DNA of 64,000 nt from Chiloscyllium plagiosum (lineage: Eukaryota), in contig NC_057719.1 in the NCBI RefSeq assembly GCF_004010195.1, positions 21,218,418 through 21,282,417 of the forward strand, read 5' to 3'. Position 1 is the stretch's first letter. Each line of letters starts with the position of its first letter. The position numbers and the translations under genes were made by a program. This document shows positions 1-13,294 of this stretch, piece after piece. Below the pieces are notes generated by a model. The model was not told the origin of the DNA and did no database searches. It saw only the letters and a list, made by a program, of their open reading frames with translations.

Positions 1-59
1 ACTACATCACAAATGAAATGCAGCATTTCATGCAAGACAATGTTCTAATATTCTCACAG

Positions 60-290
60 TTCGATGTATGAGAAAAGTAACTCTGTGCCCTTATGTAGAG
101 ATCTTTGGCATGAATAGGAATTGCCAACCACCCCTGATCTGCTCATGTAGTCATCCTACTTATAGGGCTAGTCCAGTTCAGTTTGCTGATTGTGGGAGAT
201 TCAGTCTTGGCAACATCATTGAAGTCAAGCGACAATGGTTGAACTGTCTCTTGGTGCAGGTGGTCATTGCCTGGTCATCTCATGGGTCTT
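60..290 (-). mobile_element. Decayed CR1/L2-group LINE fragment (RT C-terminal region)
   Basis: Resembles the minus-strand LINE near 47230-47420 (gtcattgcctgg, caacatcattgaa, ccagttcagtttgctg); heavily decayed. Confidence 0.45.
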
Positions 291-339
291 AACTTTTTTT
301 TAGCACCTTGTGCTTGTTTGGACATTCACAGGGATCTGC

Positions 340-435
340 TCCACAACCACCTGATGAAGGAGCAGTACTCTGAACGCTCATGCTTCCAAATAAACTTGTT
401 GGACTATAATCTGGAGTTGTGTGATTTTTAATTTT
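340..435 (+). mobile_element. PLE-derived short repeat, family A, with degenerate hammerhead
   Basis: caaccacCTGATGAaggagcagtactctgaacgctcatgcttccaaataaacttgttggactataatctgg matches copies at 20244 and 55811. Confidence 0.75.
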
Positions 436-2119
436 TTTAACCCAAGTTTGCAATCATGTTTGGGGCAGTGTGCATGTAAGTGGATACAATTTAAAAAACT
501 TTTTTGACCTAGTACTTTAGAGATTAATACTGACTGCTTTTAATCTCTGGTTATGTATTGCTTAAAACCAGTTGCACTCAAGCCACAGACTTAACTTAAT
601 GGTTCAATGACTGCACCCCAAAGCACATGACATTATTCGTGGAGTTTTGAGTGTTGAGCCTGCATTATGAAGGTATTAGATTAAAGCGATGTAGCAGATT
701 TTTTCATGCATCTGACACTGCAAACAGGGTAATAACATAAAGACAGGACCGAAATTATGTCAGCAGGAATTGTAAAGGAAAATAATCTTTATGATGAAGG
801 TTGAATAATCAACCATCCCTTTTCAGGCAAATATTCCAACCCTAAGGTTCAAGATAAATTTCTAAGGATTACCAGTACAAGAGAATGACTTCTTAATGAT
901 GCCTTTGTTCAGGAGGGACACATCCCACGTTTTCACACATGCCAGTGATATAATAAAGTGACATCTCCAATGCTCCTGTGTAATCAAGTAAATCATTAAG
1001 TACTGTCCTGAATGGAAGTGTGTGACAACTTGACAGAGAGAAATTTATCATTGCTTTCTTGGGAATTAATGAAGTTCCCAAATTTTAATGAATTACTTTC
1101 AACATCAGCGCTGTCTTCCCTGAGCTATGGCATTGATTAATACTTCATTTTGAAATATTTGTGATACAATAGGCAGACTTCTTTGGACCTTTCTCCTCAT
1201 TGGGATGGTAGGTCCTCTGCAAAAATGTTTCTTTTGAAGTTGGCATTAATCTAACAAGGTCTTGGTTGACAATAAATATCCATGAATTTCGAAAATAATC
1301 AGAAATAAAGTCAAAAACGATGAAAATGTGGAGCAGGCCTGTCTACAATCGAAAGAGAAAGATAAGATGATGTTTACATTATGTAGCAGAGGTGATTGAG
1401 ACTTCAGTAACTTGCAGCATTGGTGCAAGGTTGTTTTCTGGGTCTTGTCCATTTTCTAGCATTTATGGGTTCCCCTCTAAGAGGCCATTGGCCTGGGAGG
1501 ATGCTGAACACAAGGCTCAGAAGGCTTCTTTAGGTGAGGACCAGACTGAGTTGAAGAAGGGTTAAATCAGAAACTATGTGAAGGTAGTGAGAGCAGCAGA
1601 TGGAGTCCAGGACTGGTGAATTGCAGCACTGGAGGGAAAAAAAACACTGAAATGACAGCCCAAGGACTATGGGAATGGTTAGATGACTGGAAAGAGAAAT
1701 TGGAGCAGATTTGTCAACTGGAGACCTAGGCAGACCATTTGTATAACACCCTAGACCCTGAGAAGTGAAAAGAGAGGAAGATTCTCTTCCTGCTGGGCAA
1801 ACAACATAACTTGGTTCCGTGATCTTGGGGAATTAGTACAGCTGGCTCCACCAAATGAACATTGTTACTTTGCTGTTGAGAGATCAGAAGCTCATCTTCA
1901 AAAGGTCCAGCTAGTGGATCTAGAGTGCCAAGCAAATGCACTTTGTCTTGTTTCTCAGAATACAACTTTTCCATTGAATTCTTCATTCAATTGTTTCCAA
2001 TATTTTCTCCTTCCTTTGTGTTTTTAAAAACAGGCCCAATCCTCTGGCTTTGCCACATTGTATGCTTTTGTTTCTTGCAACTTGATGCAATCCTTAACCT
2101 CTGCATTTTTATGTATTCA

Positions 2120-2295
2120 TTCACGGAATGAGGACATTGCTGACTGGAACAGCATTTATTGCCTACCCCTAATTACCCAGAATTCACTTAAGAATCAGCC
2201 ACATTGCAGTGATTCCGGAGTTATATGTAGGCCAGACCAGGTAAGGATAGCTCACTCCCTAAATAATATTAGTGAACCAAATAGTTTTTATGGCA
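2120..2295 (-). mobile_element. tRNA-derived SINE, 3' part (tail shared with CR1/L2-group LINE)
   Basis: cagcatttattgcctacccctaattaccc...gtaggccagaccaggtaagga...attagtgaacca matches 20880-21235 and, in reverse, 17890-18170. Confidence 0.65.
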
Positions 2296-2296
2296 G

Positions 2297-3016
2297 TTAG
2301 AGTCATAGAGATGTACAGCATGAAAACAGACCCTTCGGTCCAACCCGTCAATGCCGACCAGATATCCCAACACAATCTAGTCCCACCTGCCAGCACCCGA
2401 CCCATATCCCTACAAACCCTTCCTATTCATATACCCATCCAAATGCCTCTTAAATATTGCATTATACCAGCCTCCACTACTTCCTCTGACAGCTCATTCC
2501 ATACGCGTACCACCCTCTGTGTGAAAAAGTTGCCCCGTAGATCTCTTATATCTTTCCCCTCTCACTCTAAGCCTATACCCTCTAGTTCTGGACTCCCCCC
2601 ACCCCAGGGAAAAGACTTTGTCTGTTTATCCTATCCACGCCCCTCATAATTTTATAAACCTCTATAAGGTCACCTTTCAGCCTCCGACGCTCCAGGGAAA
2701 ACAGCCCCAGCTTGTTCAGCCTCTCCCTATAACTCAATTCCCCCAACCCTGGCAACATCCTTGTAAATCTTTTCTGAACTCTTTCAAGTTTCACAACATC
2801 CTTCCAACAGGAAGGAGACCAGAATTGTATGCAATATTCCAGCAGTGGCCTAACCAATGTCCTGTACAGCTGTAACATGACCTCCCAACTCCTGTACTCA
2901 ATACTCTGACCAATAAGGATAAGCATACCAAATGCCTTCTTCACTATCCTATCTACCTGCGACTCCACTTTCAAGGAGCTATGAACCTGCACTCCAAAGT
3001 CTCTTTGTTCAGCAAC
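2297..3016 (-). mobile_element. HER1-like CR1 LINE, 5'-truncated
   Basis: ORF 2582-2992 (LYRTLVRPLLEYCIQFWSP...LERVQKRFTRMLPGL...GDLIEVYKIM) is the CR1 ORF2 C-terminus; 3' UTR with tagagtca tail. Confidence 0.95.
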
Positions 3017-3019
3017 ATC

Positions 3020-4190
3020 CCAGCTTCTTCTGTGAAAAAAGGCTGGAACAGTTGCTGTCCACTATCACCCTCTTTCACCTGGTTGAGCAGGTCTCACTTT
3101 GAATAACTTCTCCTTTCGCTCATCTCACTTTCTCAAAGTCAAAAGTGTGGCCATGGTCTCAGGTATGCCTGGTTCTTTGTAAGTCATGGAGAACATTCCT
3201 TGTTCCAGTCCTACTAAGGCCCCTACCCACGACTCATTCTCTAACACCTCAATGATACCTTTGGCACTGTTTGCTGCTCTTGTCCAGAATTGGAAAAATT
3301 AACCAGTTTTGCTTCCAATTTCGATCCTTCTCTCAACTTCATGTGGTCTATCTCTGATTCTTCCCTTCCTTGGCTTTATGGTTTCTGAGGATCACCTATC
3401 CACCAATACTCATTTAGAGGTCAATCAACTCTCACAGTTACTTGGAATAACCTCTTGATACCCTGCTTCCTGTTAGGATTCCATTCCATTATCCCAATTT
3501 CTTAGTCTGTCGCATCTGTTCTGATGATGCTACCTTCCACTGGACTGCCTCCAACATGACTGCCTCTTTCCTCAACTAAGAATTCCTCCCCGTTGTGGTA
3601 AATGGGGCCTTCACCCATCTCCCGTCTACCCTCACCCCTTTCCCTCCTTCCCAGACAACAAAAGGGTCCCACTTGTCCTAACTTTCCACTCCACTACTCT
3701 CTGCGATTTTCATCAAACACATCCCTGTCAGCATTCCACAGGGACCATTCTCACTTGTGAAACCATTCCTCCCTCACTTATTCATGGCATCTTCCCATGC
3801 AAGATGTAACACTTGCCCATTCACCATTGTCCAAGGCCCAAACGCTCCTTCCAGGTGAAGCAGCATCTCACTTTTACCTTTGAATCTGGTCTAATGCATT
3901 CACTGCTCACAATGCAGTCTCCTTTGCATTGGCAAGACTAAATGCAGATTAGGTGTCTATTTAACAGAACACCCTTGATCAGCCTGTAGGAATGAACTTG
4001 ACATCCTAGTTGCTTGCCGTTTCAATAAACCACCTTGTTCTCATACTAAAATTTCTGAGCTGGACTTGCTGCAATGTTCCAAAGAAGCACATTGCTAGGT
4101 CAAGGAATAAAACCTTATCTCCTGCTTAGGTACTTTACAGCCGAGAGGTCTCAATATGGAACTGAATAACTTCAGAAACTGATTGCATTA
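3020..4190 (+). mobile_element. Decayed Penelope-like retroelement (RT + GIY-YIG remnants)
   Basis: NFSF..SHFLKVKSVAM (RT FLQxKGxAMG-like) near 3105-3155; IHCSQC..L.IGKTK.RL GIY-YIG-like segment near 3895-3955; C-terminal LISCLGTLQPRGLN. Confidence 0.8.
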
Positions 4191-4339
4191 TGCCTGTGCT
4201 CCATTTTTCTTACATTCTCTCCCATCCCCTTACCCTAGAGCAGTGTTGTGTTTATGTCTTGTTTACATGTCACTCAGTTGACAAGGTCCCATTTACTCCC
4301 TTTCACACCAATTTACACACTTAATACAGTTTTCCCCCC

Positions 4340-4675
4340 ACTATTAACAACCCCTTTGTCTTTTACCAAATTGCTCCCCCTGTCAAGAGTAATGCATTCA
4401 TGGTTCTTAAATATCTGCCATTGTTCTTCAACCAACATTGCTGCTAAACTCCTTTCCCAGTCCATTCCAGCCAGCTCTGCCCTCATCCCTTTGTAATTGC
4501 CCTTATTTATGTTTAGCACGGTTATTTTTGACCTCAGTTTCTCTCTCAAAGTGAGAGCTAAATTCTACCTAGGGGATCTTTTAGTCCGATCATTTAAACA
4601 ACAGGTCTCATTGTACATCCGATCCTAAATTACATGATCCATCATTGGATCAACAATGTATTGTCCTAAGAAGCT
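4340..4675 (-). mobile_element. Old CR1 LINE fragment (EN-RT linker); continues at about 5716-5850
   Basis: ORF 4313-4549 LNINKGNYKGMRAELAGMDW; MGDFKPHGDW at the end of ORF 5715-5948. Confidence 0.7.
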
Positions 4676-5408
4676 GTCATAGAGATGTATAGCATCAAAA
4701 CAGACCCTTCAGTCCAATCCGTCCATGCCAGCCAGATATCCCACCTGCCAGTCCCACCTGCTAGCACCCGGCCCATATCCCTCCAAACCCTTCCTATTCA
4801 TATACTCATCCAAATGCCTTTTAAATGTTGCAATTGTACCAGCCTCCACCACTTCCTCTGGCTGCTTATTCTATACATGTACCACCATCTGTGCTAAAAA
4901 GTTGCCCCTTAGGTCTCTTTTATATCTTTCCCCTCTCACCCTAAACCTATGCCCTCTAGTTCTGGACTCTCCGACCCCAGGGAAAAGACTTTCCCTATTT
5001 ACCCTATCCATGCCCTTCTTGATTTTGTAAACCTCTATAAGGTCACCCCTCAGCCTCCGACGCTCCTGGGAAAACAGACTCAACCTGTTCAGCCTCTCCC
5101 TATAGCTCAAATCCTCCAACCCTGGCAACATCCTGGTCAATCTTTTCTGAACCCTTTCAAGTTTCACAACATCTTCTGATAGGAAGGAGACCAGAATTGC
5201 ACGCAATATTCCAAAGGTGGCCTAACCAATGTCCTGTACAGCCACAACATGACCTCCCAACTCCTGTACTCAATACTCTGACCAATAAAAGAAAGCATAC
5301 CAAACGCCTTCTTCACTATCCTGTCTACCTGCATCTCCAATTTCAAGGAGCTATGAACCTGTACTCTAAGATCTTTGTTCAGCAACATTCCCTAGCACCT
5401 TACCATTC
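4676..5408 (-). mobile_element. HER1-like CR1 LINE, 5'-truncated
   Basis: ORFs 4871-5206 and 5164-5388 are CR1 ORF2 C-terminus; closely similar to 2297-3016. Confidence 0.95.
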
Positions 5409-5416
5409 ACAAAAAG

Positions 5417-5716
5417 GGGTGGCACAGTGGCTCAGTAGCTAGCATTACTGCCTCACAGCACCAGGTACCCAGGTTAGATTCCCACCTTGGGTGACTGTCT
5501 GGAGTTTGCACATTCTCCCTGTGTCTGCGTGGGTGTGCTTCAGTTTCCTCCCACAATCCAAAGATGTGCAGGTGAATTGGCCATGCTAAATTGCCCATGG
5601 TGTTAGGAGCAATCGTCAGGGGTAAATGTATGGGAATCGGCAATTCTTCGGCGGGTCGGTGTGGATTTGTTAGGCCACGTAGCCTGTTTCCATACTGTAG
5701 GGTATCTAATCTAATC
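5417..5716 (+). mobile_element. HE1-like V-SINE
   Basis: tRNA-derived head (tggctcagtagctagc, ggttagattccc), V-domain tggagtttgcacattctcc, CR1-like tail ending tctaatctaatc. Confidence 0.9.
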
Positions 5717-6449
5717 AATCTTCCTCATGATTACCTCTGCCAAATTGTCTTCTCCAATCTCCATGAGGTTTAAAGTCACCCATATTTGATGTATTGTCTT
5801 TTTTCCATGCCTTTGTTATATCCTTATTCATAGTTATCCCTATGTATCTCTTAAAAGTATATTGACATACACACATGTAGACGTAACACAGCACCCTTAG
5901 TGTAGACACTGTGCTTGAATCACACGCAATAAGTGTATAATTCTGCATTATTTAGCCAGCAGCTCACTCCAGGCTTGAAACTGACTCTCCATTAGATAGA
6001 TACTCTCCTGTGCATTTGTGGCATTTCCAGTTTCTTTTAATTATCAAAAATATTTGAGGCTACCTTTCATAGGAGGAAAAGTACACAAACCCAATCAAAA
6101 TTCTTGAAGCTCTCATAACCCTACTCAACACTGAGTAAACATTCACTTCTTCAGTCATCAAATCTTGTTCTTAAATGACTGGAGTTGTAGCAGCTCAAAA
6201 CATTATTTAAAGTTCCAAGAAACAATATTAGCCCACATAGAATGTTTTATCTGTGAGGAGTGTAGACTGCAAACTTAGATGCAGAGTTTGCCAAACTCCC
6301 GCAAGATTTTACAAAAATAATAATGAATATGCCTGATGACTACTATATGCAAACTCATGATGCAGAATTCAGTAATCTAAAGCTCTATTTATCTACTCTC
6401 ACACTGCATTTATATCAATTGGTCATGTATGAATGCAATAACTTCATGT

Positions 6450-6665
6450 GAAAAACTGTGGTTGCCTATATGCTGTGGCAATTAGGATGTGGAACTGGTT
6501 ATCGCATGGTGTGTACCTCAGTTTCTTTTAAGCAAAGTTAGATTTGCAGAAGATGGATAAGGCAGACAGATTAAGATGAACGAGGGTGGAGCAGGTTCAT
6601 GTGGAATATTTCTACTGGTATGAACCAACTGGACAGGACGGCCCATTCCTACACTGAAAGTTCCT
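6450..6665 (+). mobile_element. Old CR1 3' end
   Basis: aggatgtggaac...tttaagcaaagttagat...ggacaggacggcccattcctacactg, CR1 3' UTR pattern. Confidence 0.55.
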
Positions 6666-8691
6666 TTGACCTTTCATCAATGGGACATAAGTCAGAATGC
6701 AACCCTCGCACATGGATTACACGCCTCTTTTTTAATGGCTGTTAAGAACATAATGGGACCGATTAGCCTCAATCCAATTCCTGATGGATGCAGTTTCGAA
6801 GTCACAGCCAACCAGGTAAATATGATTAATACAAAGTAGTGTCATCATCCTCCTTTAGCAACCACTCAAAGTGCCTTTTCCATTTGTGTATTCTAGTTAC
6901 CACTTATAATTTTGTGGGTAGCTGATTTAATGGCACTGTCATGAAATTTGGTGGAATAAGGAATTACTACATGAATGCCTCTTTCATAATACTATTTTTT
7001 TTTAAATGAAGCTAAGGCTATCAGTAAAGTTCCATAGAATGTATGAGTTATCTGCTTCACTCCATTTTAACCATGTTCCTGAGGTTACTGCTAAAACTAT
7101 AAAGCTGACGGAGCAGCTCTACAGCATTTACATTAAGGCAAGTCATGGTATCAAAATCAGACATTCGCTCGAACTAGCAATGGAGGACAAATTTCGGTAT
7201 GAACTTCATTATATTTGAGATGATGTCTGATGAGAAGCAATTGAAATAAAAGCCTTCGATTCATTCGATATCAGGTTAGATAGTGAGATGGAGTAGGTAC
7301 TGCGTTTTTTGACTAAATAAGACAATAGGTGCTCAATGTCCTGTATTGATCAATTGCTCTTGTCTCTATCACACAGATGTCTATGACATTCTCGTACAGG
7401 CTAACATTAAGAGTATTTCTGTGCAAAACATAAGCATACTTATTATTCACCAAGGAACTGTAATTCCTAATGCTGCATAAAAGTAACATATCTATTTTCT
7501 CATTGGCAAAACCTCTCTGTGTTGTAACTGTCTGAGATAGATCTCACCATGTCTCACATTTTACAGAATACAAATGATCGTTCTTGCACAATCTCTCTAT
7601 TACCCCTTCCTTTGTCTCGAGTCCGATACAGAGGAGAAGAGATCAATCTCATGAAAGATTCACCACAATTTTTTTCAAACACAAATGTGCACATCCCATT
7701 ATACTCCAGCAACTGAGGTACTTAATTTAATTGCACTATAGCCAGAAAGAAAAGGAACAATAAATAGTCTACAGTTAATGAGGTGAACTTTCTTTCAAGT
7801 TTTTTTTGGCATATCAGCTTGAGAAACTAAGAATTTCCTCATTGTAATATCCTTAAAAGCAAGAGAATAATTTTAATCCACAAGGGAGGGAGGAAGAGGG
7901 TTGGGGCTAATGGTTTAAACTTTCAAAAATCTAAAAGCCAAGCTAACTGGATTCTGGTTCTGGCAGAGATAGGTTGAAGGTAAATGTCGAAGCCAAGAGA
8001 TGGGTCGGTAGTTTTAATACTTTTAATGAAGATGAGTATCTGAAGTTTTACCAGCACTTAACCTTCTGTACCTGCAGGCCATAAGCCCTAAAGTTGGGAA
8101 GATACAGCAACTGAAGGGAGACATCAGTGGCTGGATTCTGCAAGTAATTACTTTTCCAGCACTGTGTGTGGCCCAAAGAGGAATCGAATGCTTCTTCCCA
8201 GACTCTCAAAAGAACTTGTTGCAACTGGCCTCCATCTCAAATCATATAACCACCCCATCCACCCCATGCCTGAATGCACATCCAACCTGTGCCTAAAGAA
8301 TTTGGCTGCAGCATGGAATTTTCTCTTTCTTGAGACTAAATTTAGAGGCAGACATAAAAACGGGAGGGACTTCCACAAAAGGCAAACATTTTGAGTTCTA
8401 TCTTTATTGTACAGTTAGGTTTGTTGGTATCAGTCAATGCGGTTGCCTTGCTTGGGCAAGTTTATTGGCTTCGTAAGACTTCACTCTGACCTTGGAAACA
8501 TCTAACAACAAGTCAGACAACAAATGAATGGGTCTTCTAATGAGCTAATGATTGTGGAGAGGCTGAATCATTACACTTGAAGCATTTGCACAAGGCCTTG
8601 CTTATGAAGAGCCAAGTAAGTAAAGCAGTACACGGAGCTTGGAGGAAGGGACCTTATCCTACCAAGTACATACCCTTATGTACTGTCATAT

Positions 8692-8992
8692 AGGGTGGCA
8701 CGGTGGCTTAGTGGTTAGCACTGCTACCTCACAGCGCAAAGAACCTGGGTTCGATTCCCACCTTTGTGCAAACTCCACACAGTCACCAGTTTCCCCGTAT
8801 CTGCATAGGTTTCCTCCCACTATCCAAAGATGCGCAGGTTGGGGGAATTGGCTATGCTAAATTGCCCATAGTGTAAGGTGCATTATTCAGGGTTAAATAT
8901 AGGGGAATGCGTCTGGGTGGGTTACTCTTCGGAGTGTTGCTGTGGACTCGTTGGACCAAATGGGCTGTTTTCACTACTGTAGAGGATCTAAT
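8692..8992 (+). mobile_element. HE1-like V-SINE
   Basis: ggtggcacggtggcttagtggttagcactgct head, B box ggttcgattccc, same body and tail as other copies. Confidence 0.9.
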
Positions 8993-9523
8993 CACATTTG
9001 TTAAGGCATGTGTTCCCAATTTTTGGCTTTGAGGAATGTGTCTCTAAATCAAATTCAAACAGGTTGAGCTGTTAATGAGTATTCATGGGATACTAATGAA
9101 TACAAAATAGATTCCAAACCTGAACATCGGGAAAGATGATCTGGGAGGGACTTGTCAGTAGCTAAAACACAATCACTGACAAAGAGAGACAGCAGCAGCT
9201 GTGCAGATAGCAAGAAGGTAATCACACCACTCCAAGGCTAAAACATCATACAAAAGATGGCAAGGAGAACTGGGCCAAGTGTGTGGTTGATGAAAAATGA
9301 GAAAAACTAGCAACACTTAAGATCTTAGTGAAGATATTTATCTAAAGAAGAAATAAAGATTCCAGTGGATAAAATCAGAGATCCCGAGGTGAAAAGAAAA
9401 TAATGTTATGAAAAAAATTGCACAAGGACCAGAATGGGCAAGCAAGGCAGTGTAAAAGAGAGTCTTCACTAAAATGCATCATTGCCATTGAGATCAGGCT
9501 ACATGAGGCACAACTACAACAAA

Positions 9524-10085
9524 TAGAGTCATAGTGATGTACAGCATGGAAACAGACCCTTCGGTCCAACCTGTCCATGCCGACCAGATATCCCAACCCA
9601 ATCTAGTCCCACCTGCCAGCACTCAGCCCATATCCCTCCAAACCCTTCCTATTCATATACCCATCCAAATGCCTTTTAAATGTTGCACTTGCACCAGCCT
9701 CCACCACATCCTCTGGCAGCTCATTCCATACATGTACTACCCTCTGTGTGAAAAAGTTGCCCCTTAGGTCTCTTTTATATCTTTCCCCTCTCACCCTAAA
9801 CCTATGCCCTCTAGTTCTGGACTCGCCCACACCAGGGAAAAGACTTTTTGTCTATTTATCCTATCCATACCCCTCATGATTTTATACACCTCCATAAGGT
9901 CACCCCTCAGCCTCTGACGCTCCAGGGAAAACAGCACCAGCCTGTTCAGTCTCTCCCCATAGCTCATATCCTCCAACCCTGGTAACATCTTTGTAAATCT
10001 TTTCTGAGCCCTTTCAAGTTTCACAATATCTTTCTGATTGGAAGGAGACCAGAATTGCATGCAATATTCCAACAGTGGCCTAACC
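9524..10085 (-). mobile_element. HER1-like CR1 LINE, 5'-truncated
   Basis: ORFs 9603-9830 and 9791-10072 are CR1 ORF2 C-terminus (TRGHRFRV...FFTQRVVHVWNELP). Confidence 0.95.
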
Positions 10086-10949
10086 TGAAGGGTCAGAAAA
10101 TAAATCTAATATGCCGCTACAAAATTGAGAAGGCCTTATTATTTGCTTAAGCTAAAAGCATGCATATTTAAAAGAATCCAATGAAAGAGTCAAGGAGACA
10201 AACACAAGTCAGAAATAATTAAAGATTTAAAAGAACCAGGATTCAGTATCAAGCTGCAATGTTGGTGGGAAGATTTACAAAGGCAGCAGCCTGAGGACTT
10301 CATTTACAAGGTTGTGTGCATAAGGAAGTGCGGTATGCTTTGAGACATGGAAAGTGGGAAAACATTTTTTTTCCCCCCAGGAAGAAGCAGAAAAATCCCA
10401 TCTTGCCTGCAGAAATGGGGAAACCCTGAAAAAAGGCAAGGAAGCTATCGTATTAATAATATAAAAAATAAATCAGAAACACTAAGATGGAAAAAGCAAG
10501 CAAGCAGGAAAATAATGTTACAAAACAGATTTAATAAGCTTGAAAGCAGTAAAATTACTGCAGACAAGCATTAATACAACCATTTCAGGCTTTATTGAAG
10601 AACTAAATACAGCAGTACAGAAATACTGAGTTAAAAAGACTGTCAAATAAAGAAATTACTGCCAATATAGCTGTAGTACATAATTCTATTCCAAATAGCA
10701 TTTGTGAATGCAAGAGTACAAGTTTTAGAAATAGCTAATTATAAGCAGCATTACAATGATACAGATTTAAAACAGCTTCAAAGAAATAGAGATTATGAAA
10801 TTGTATAGAATTTAAGAGTTTCTAGAGGTTCCATGATCAGAGACAGTCCATATGGAGCACTAAATTCAATTTTGTTGAGGTGACAGCTCTTTAAGAAATA
10901 ACATTTCTTCATTAGTAATACCAAGACTGATGCTGAGCAAGTAAATACA

Positions 10950-12850
10950 TCATTTTATTGATACATTATTGGTGGATTCTGGTCAAAGATTATATGAACA
11001 GACGAAACATCAAAAAGAGTTCAGATATTTTGAAGATGTCCCATAAGCTATTGCTAAGTACTTCCCTTTAAGAACAAAAAAAATCCTTGAATGAATAAGG
11101 TTTAACAGAAACAACAATCTTCCAGGAAAATCTGTAGATAGGGGTCATTAATGACCCCTACAAATTTGTTTAAAAATGCTGTGACCATAGAACTTTGAAA
11201 TCAGAATTCAGGCACAAAAGGCAGAATTGCTGTTGGAGTTCTTGATAAAAATATTTATCAGATTTCATACGGTTCAAAGATAACTTTGGATGAATCTATT
11301 CAACTCAAGCCAAAAGCAGAAACCAGAAAGACTCACAGCCAAATGCTGAGAAAAGACCAATTCTAACTCAAGATGATAACCAAATTAATTCACTTCATAT
11401 GTTATTGGCATTCTTAAGAGGCATGTGACAAAACTACACAAAGAACAAGAGGCATTTATGGTGCAGTGGTCATGTCCTTAAGTCTGGGCCAGAAGGTCCA
11501 GGTTCAAGTCCCACCTGTCAAGGTACATGCCATAACAGTTTGATTAACTTAACTACACAGAGGACAATCCAAACTCATGATTCTCAACATCTGTATTATC
11601 TCAGGGTTCACACATGCAGTGGCTAGCCAACATTAATGAATGCTAAACTTTGCAAAGTTGTAAGTCATTTTTACAAGGTGTATGATAAGGTACAGTTTCA
11701 AACCAGCGGCAGTATCAGTGGTCACGTATGCTGAGAGGTCCACATAATGGACCCATTACCATTAGAAAAAATACCTGTATTTGATGAGGTACCTGCAAGA
11801 TACGTAATGAATTCCAGAAGAACAAACAAATCTACTAGAGTCAGAAGAGATATATCTTGTCCACATCAATAGACTTCTGGTTATTCTTTTGCTTGATGTA
11901 GGAGCAAGTGTTACTGAAGTGTTAGTGTCCTATCAGACCAACTATTATGGCTGATGAAGCTACAAAGATAAGACAATGTGGTACAGGTGGAATAACTGTC
12001 AGAAGCATAGGAGTGTTACAACTTGCACTACAACACAACATACATGCAAGAGAATTGAAAATATATACATTGCTCACAATCAACAAACTTCATTTTTAAA
12101 ATCAAACATCTCTTGACCTCAACTTCATCAGGAGAGTTGGAGGAAATCCATGACTGCCTAGAGAACAAACATTCTAGTCAGATCACTTAGGATGGATAAG
12201 GAGAGCTGTTTCACACTGTCAACACTGAGGAAGTCACAAAATTCACAAAATAATGGAAATGTACTATCCTCTGTCATTTAAAACTGAACAGTCAATGCCA
12301 GTGACAGAAATAATGTTTGGTGAGCAGCTTCCTTTATATAATATGATTGAGAGACTGAGAAAGTTTATGTCACTAATCAATAAGCCACAATTGATTGCTG
12401 AAGATGTTCAGCCTGATCTACACAGGAGCCTGGCCAATGTCTTCTGATCCAAGACATGGTAAAGAAAAAGAAACAGACTGTTCTAAGTATCCAGCTTCCA
12501 ATTAGAAAGATGTTGCCTGATCCGGAAAACAAGGATATAAGAAGAAAAAAAAACTTCTCAACAAAGCAGTTGACTTCCAAAAAGGGAATTCAGGAGACTA
12601 AGTGTCATTCAACTAAGATAATGACCAACAATGTACACAAAGAACAACTTCCTCTTCAAAGGACAGAGAGATGCAAAGTCACCCAGTGGAGTATGGTCCA
12701 CAGTTCAGTCAATGATCAAAGACGAGACCTACCATTTTTATGTCTGAAGAGAATGTGTCTGAGAGAATTGTAAAATGTCCAAATCATCTGTACTTATAAG
12801 ATTAGAGAGTTGGGATGAATGGGAAGTGACATGTGTAATATAGTTTTAGA
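10950..12850 (+). mobile_element. Decayed Gypsy/Ty3-like LTR retrotransposon (gag-protease remnants)
   Basis: Frame-broken gag-like motifs RFNRNNNLPGKSVD (~11098-11140), RIAVGVLD and KITLDESIQ (~11223-11303); decayed zinc knuckle ~11640-11680; protease-like LLLDVGASVT (~11886-11915); purine tract before tgtaata at ~12810-12840. No LTR pair found. Confidence 0.65.
11449..11550 (+). mobile_element. Short tRNA-derived SINE inserted in the Gypsy remnant
   Basis: A box tggtgcagtggt, B box ggttcaagtccc; flanked by imperfect TSD aactacacaaagaacaa (11432) / aactacacagaggacaa (11551). Confidence 0.7.
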
Positions 12851-13294
12851 AAAGGCTGAATAATAGATTAACAGTGAGTTATTAAAAAAAACTAGATTAA
12901 TAGTTCTGAAGGGATGAGAGCTCACAGTTCATTTTTTGCATCCATTCCACTGACAAACCATGCAGTCTGTGCTGGACATGAAGAATTCAACACGAGTTTT
13001 CAGATAGAATTGATGAATTTGTACCAGCTCCATAAAGGTCCTCATATTTATGTCTGATGAAATGTAGTTGCAATTAATACAATCATGCAATAAACCTTTT
13101 ATTAAATGGTAGAACTGTTCCTCCTCTGTAAATTGGAATAGAATCTAAGCCTGAGACAAATAAGGACTGGTGGCAGTGAACTGTTTTAAATCACCCTCAC
13201 ATATGCCACATACTGGTAGAGTTGGAACACACCACAAAATGCCATCAGTAATCATCTGGGCAAACATAATATCCTTACTGTTGGACAAATAATC

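Noticed and set aside
1440..1960. Possible L2 LINE remnant on the minus strand
   Set aside because: Only weak motif resemblance; too decayed to support
7567..7717. ag...gt bounded candidate exon
   Set aside because: The frames checked contain stops, the donor is weak and no homology was recognised
12833..13100. 3' LTR of the Gypsy remnant
   Set aside because: Begins TG after a purine tract, but no matching 5' LTR was found
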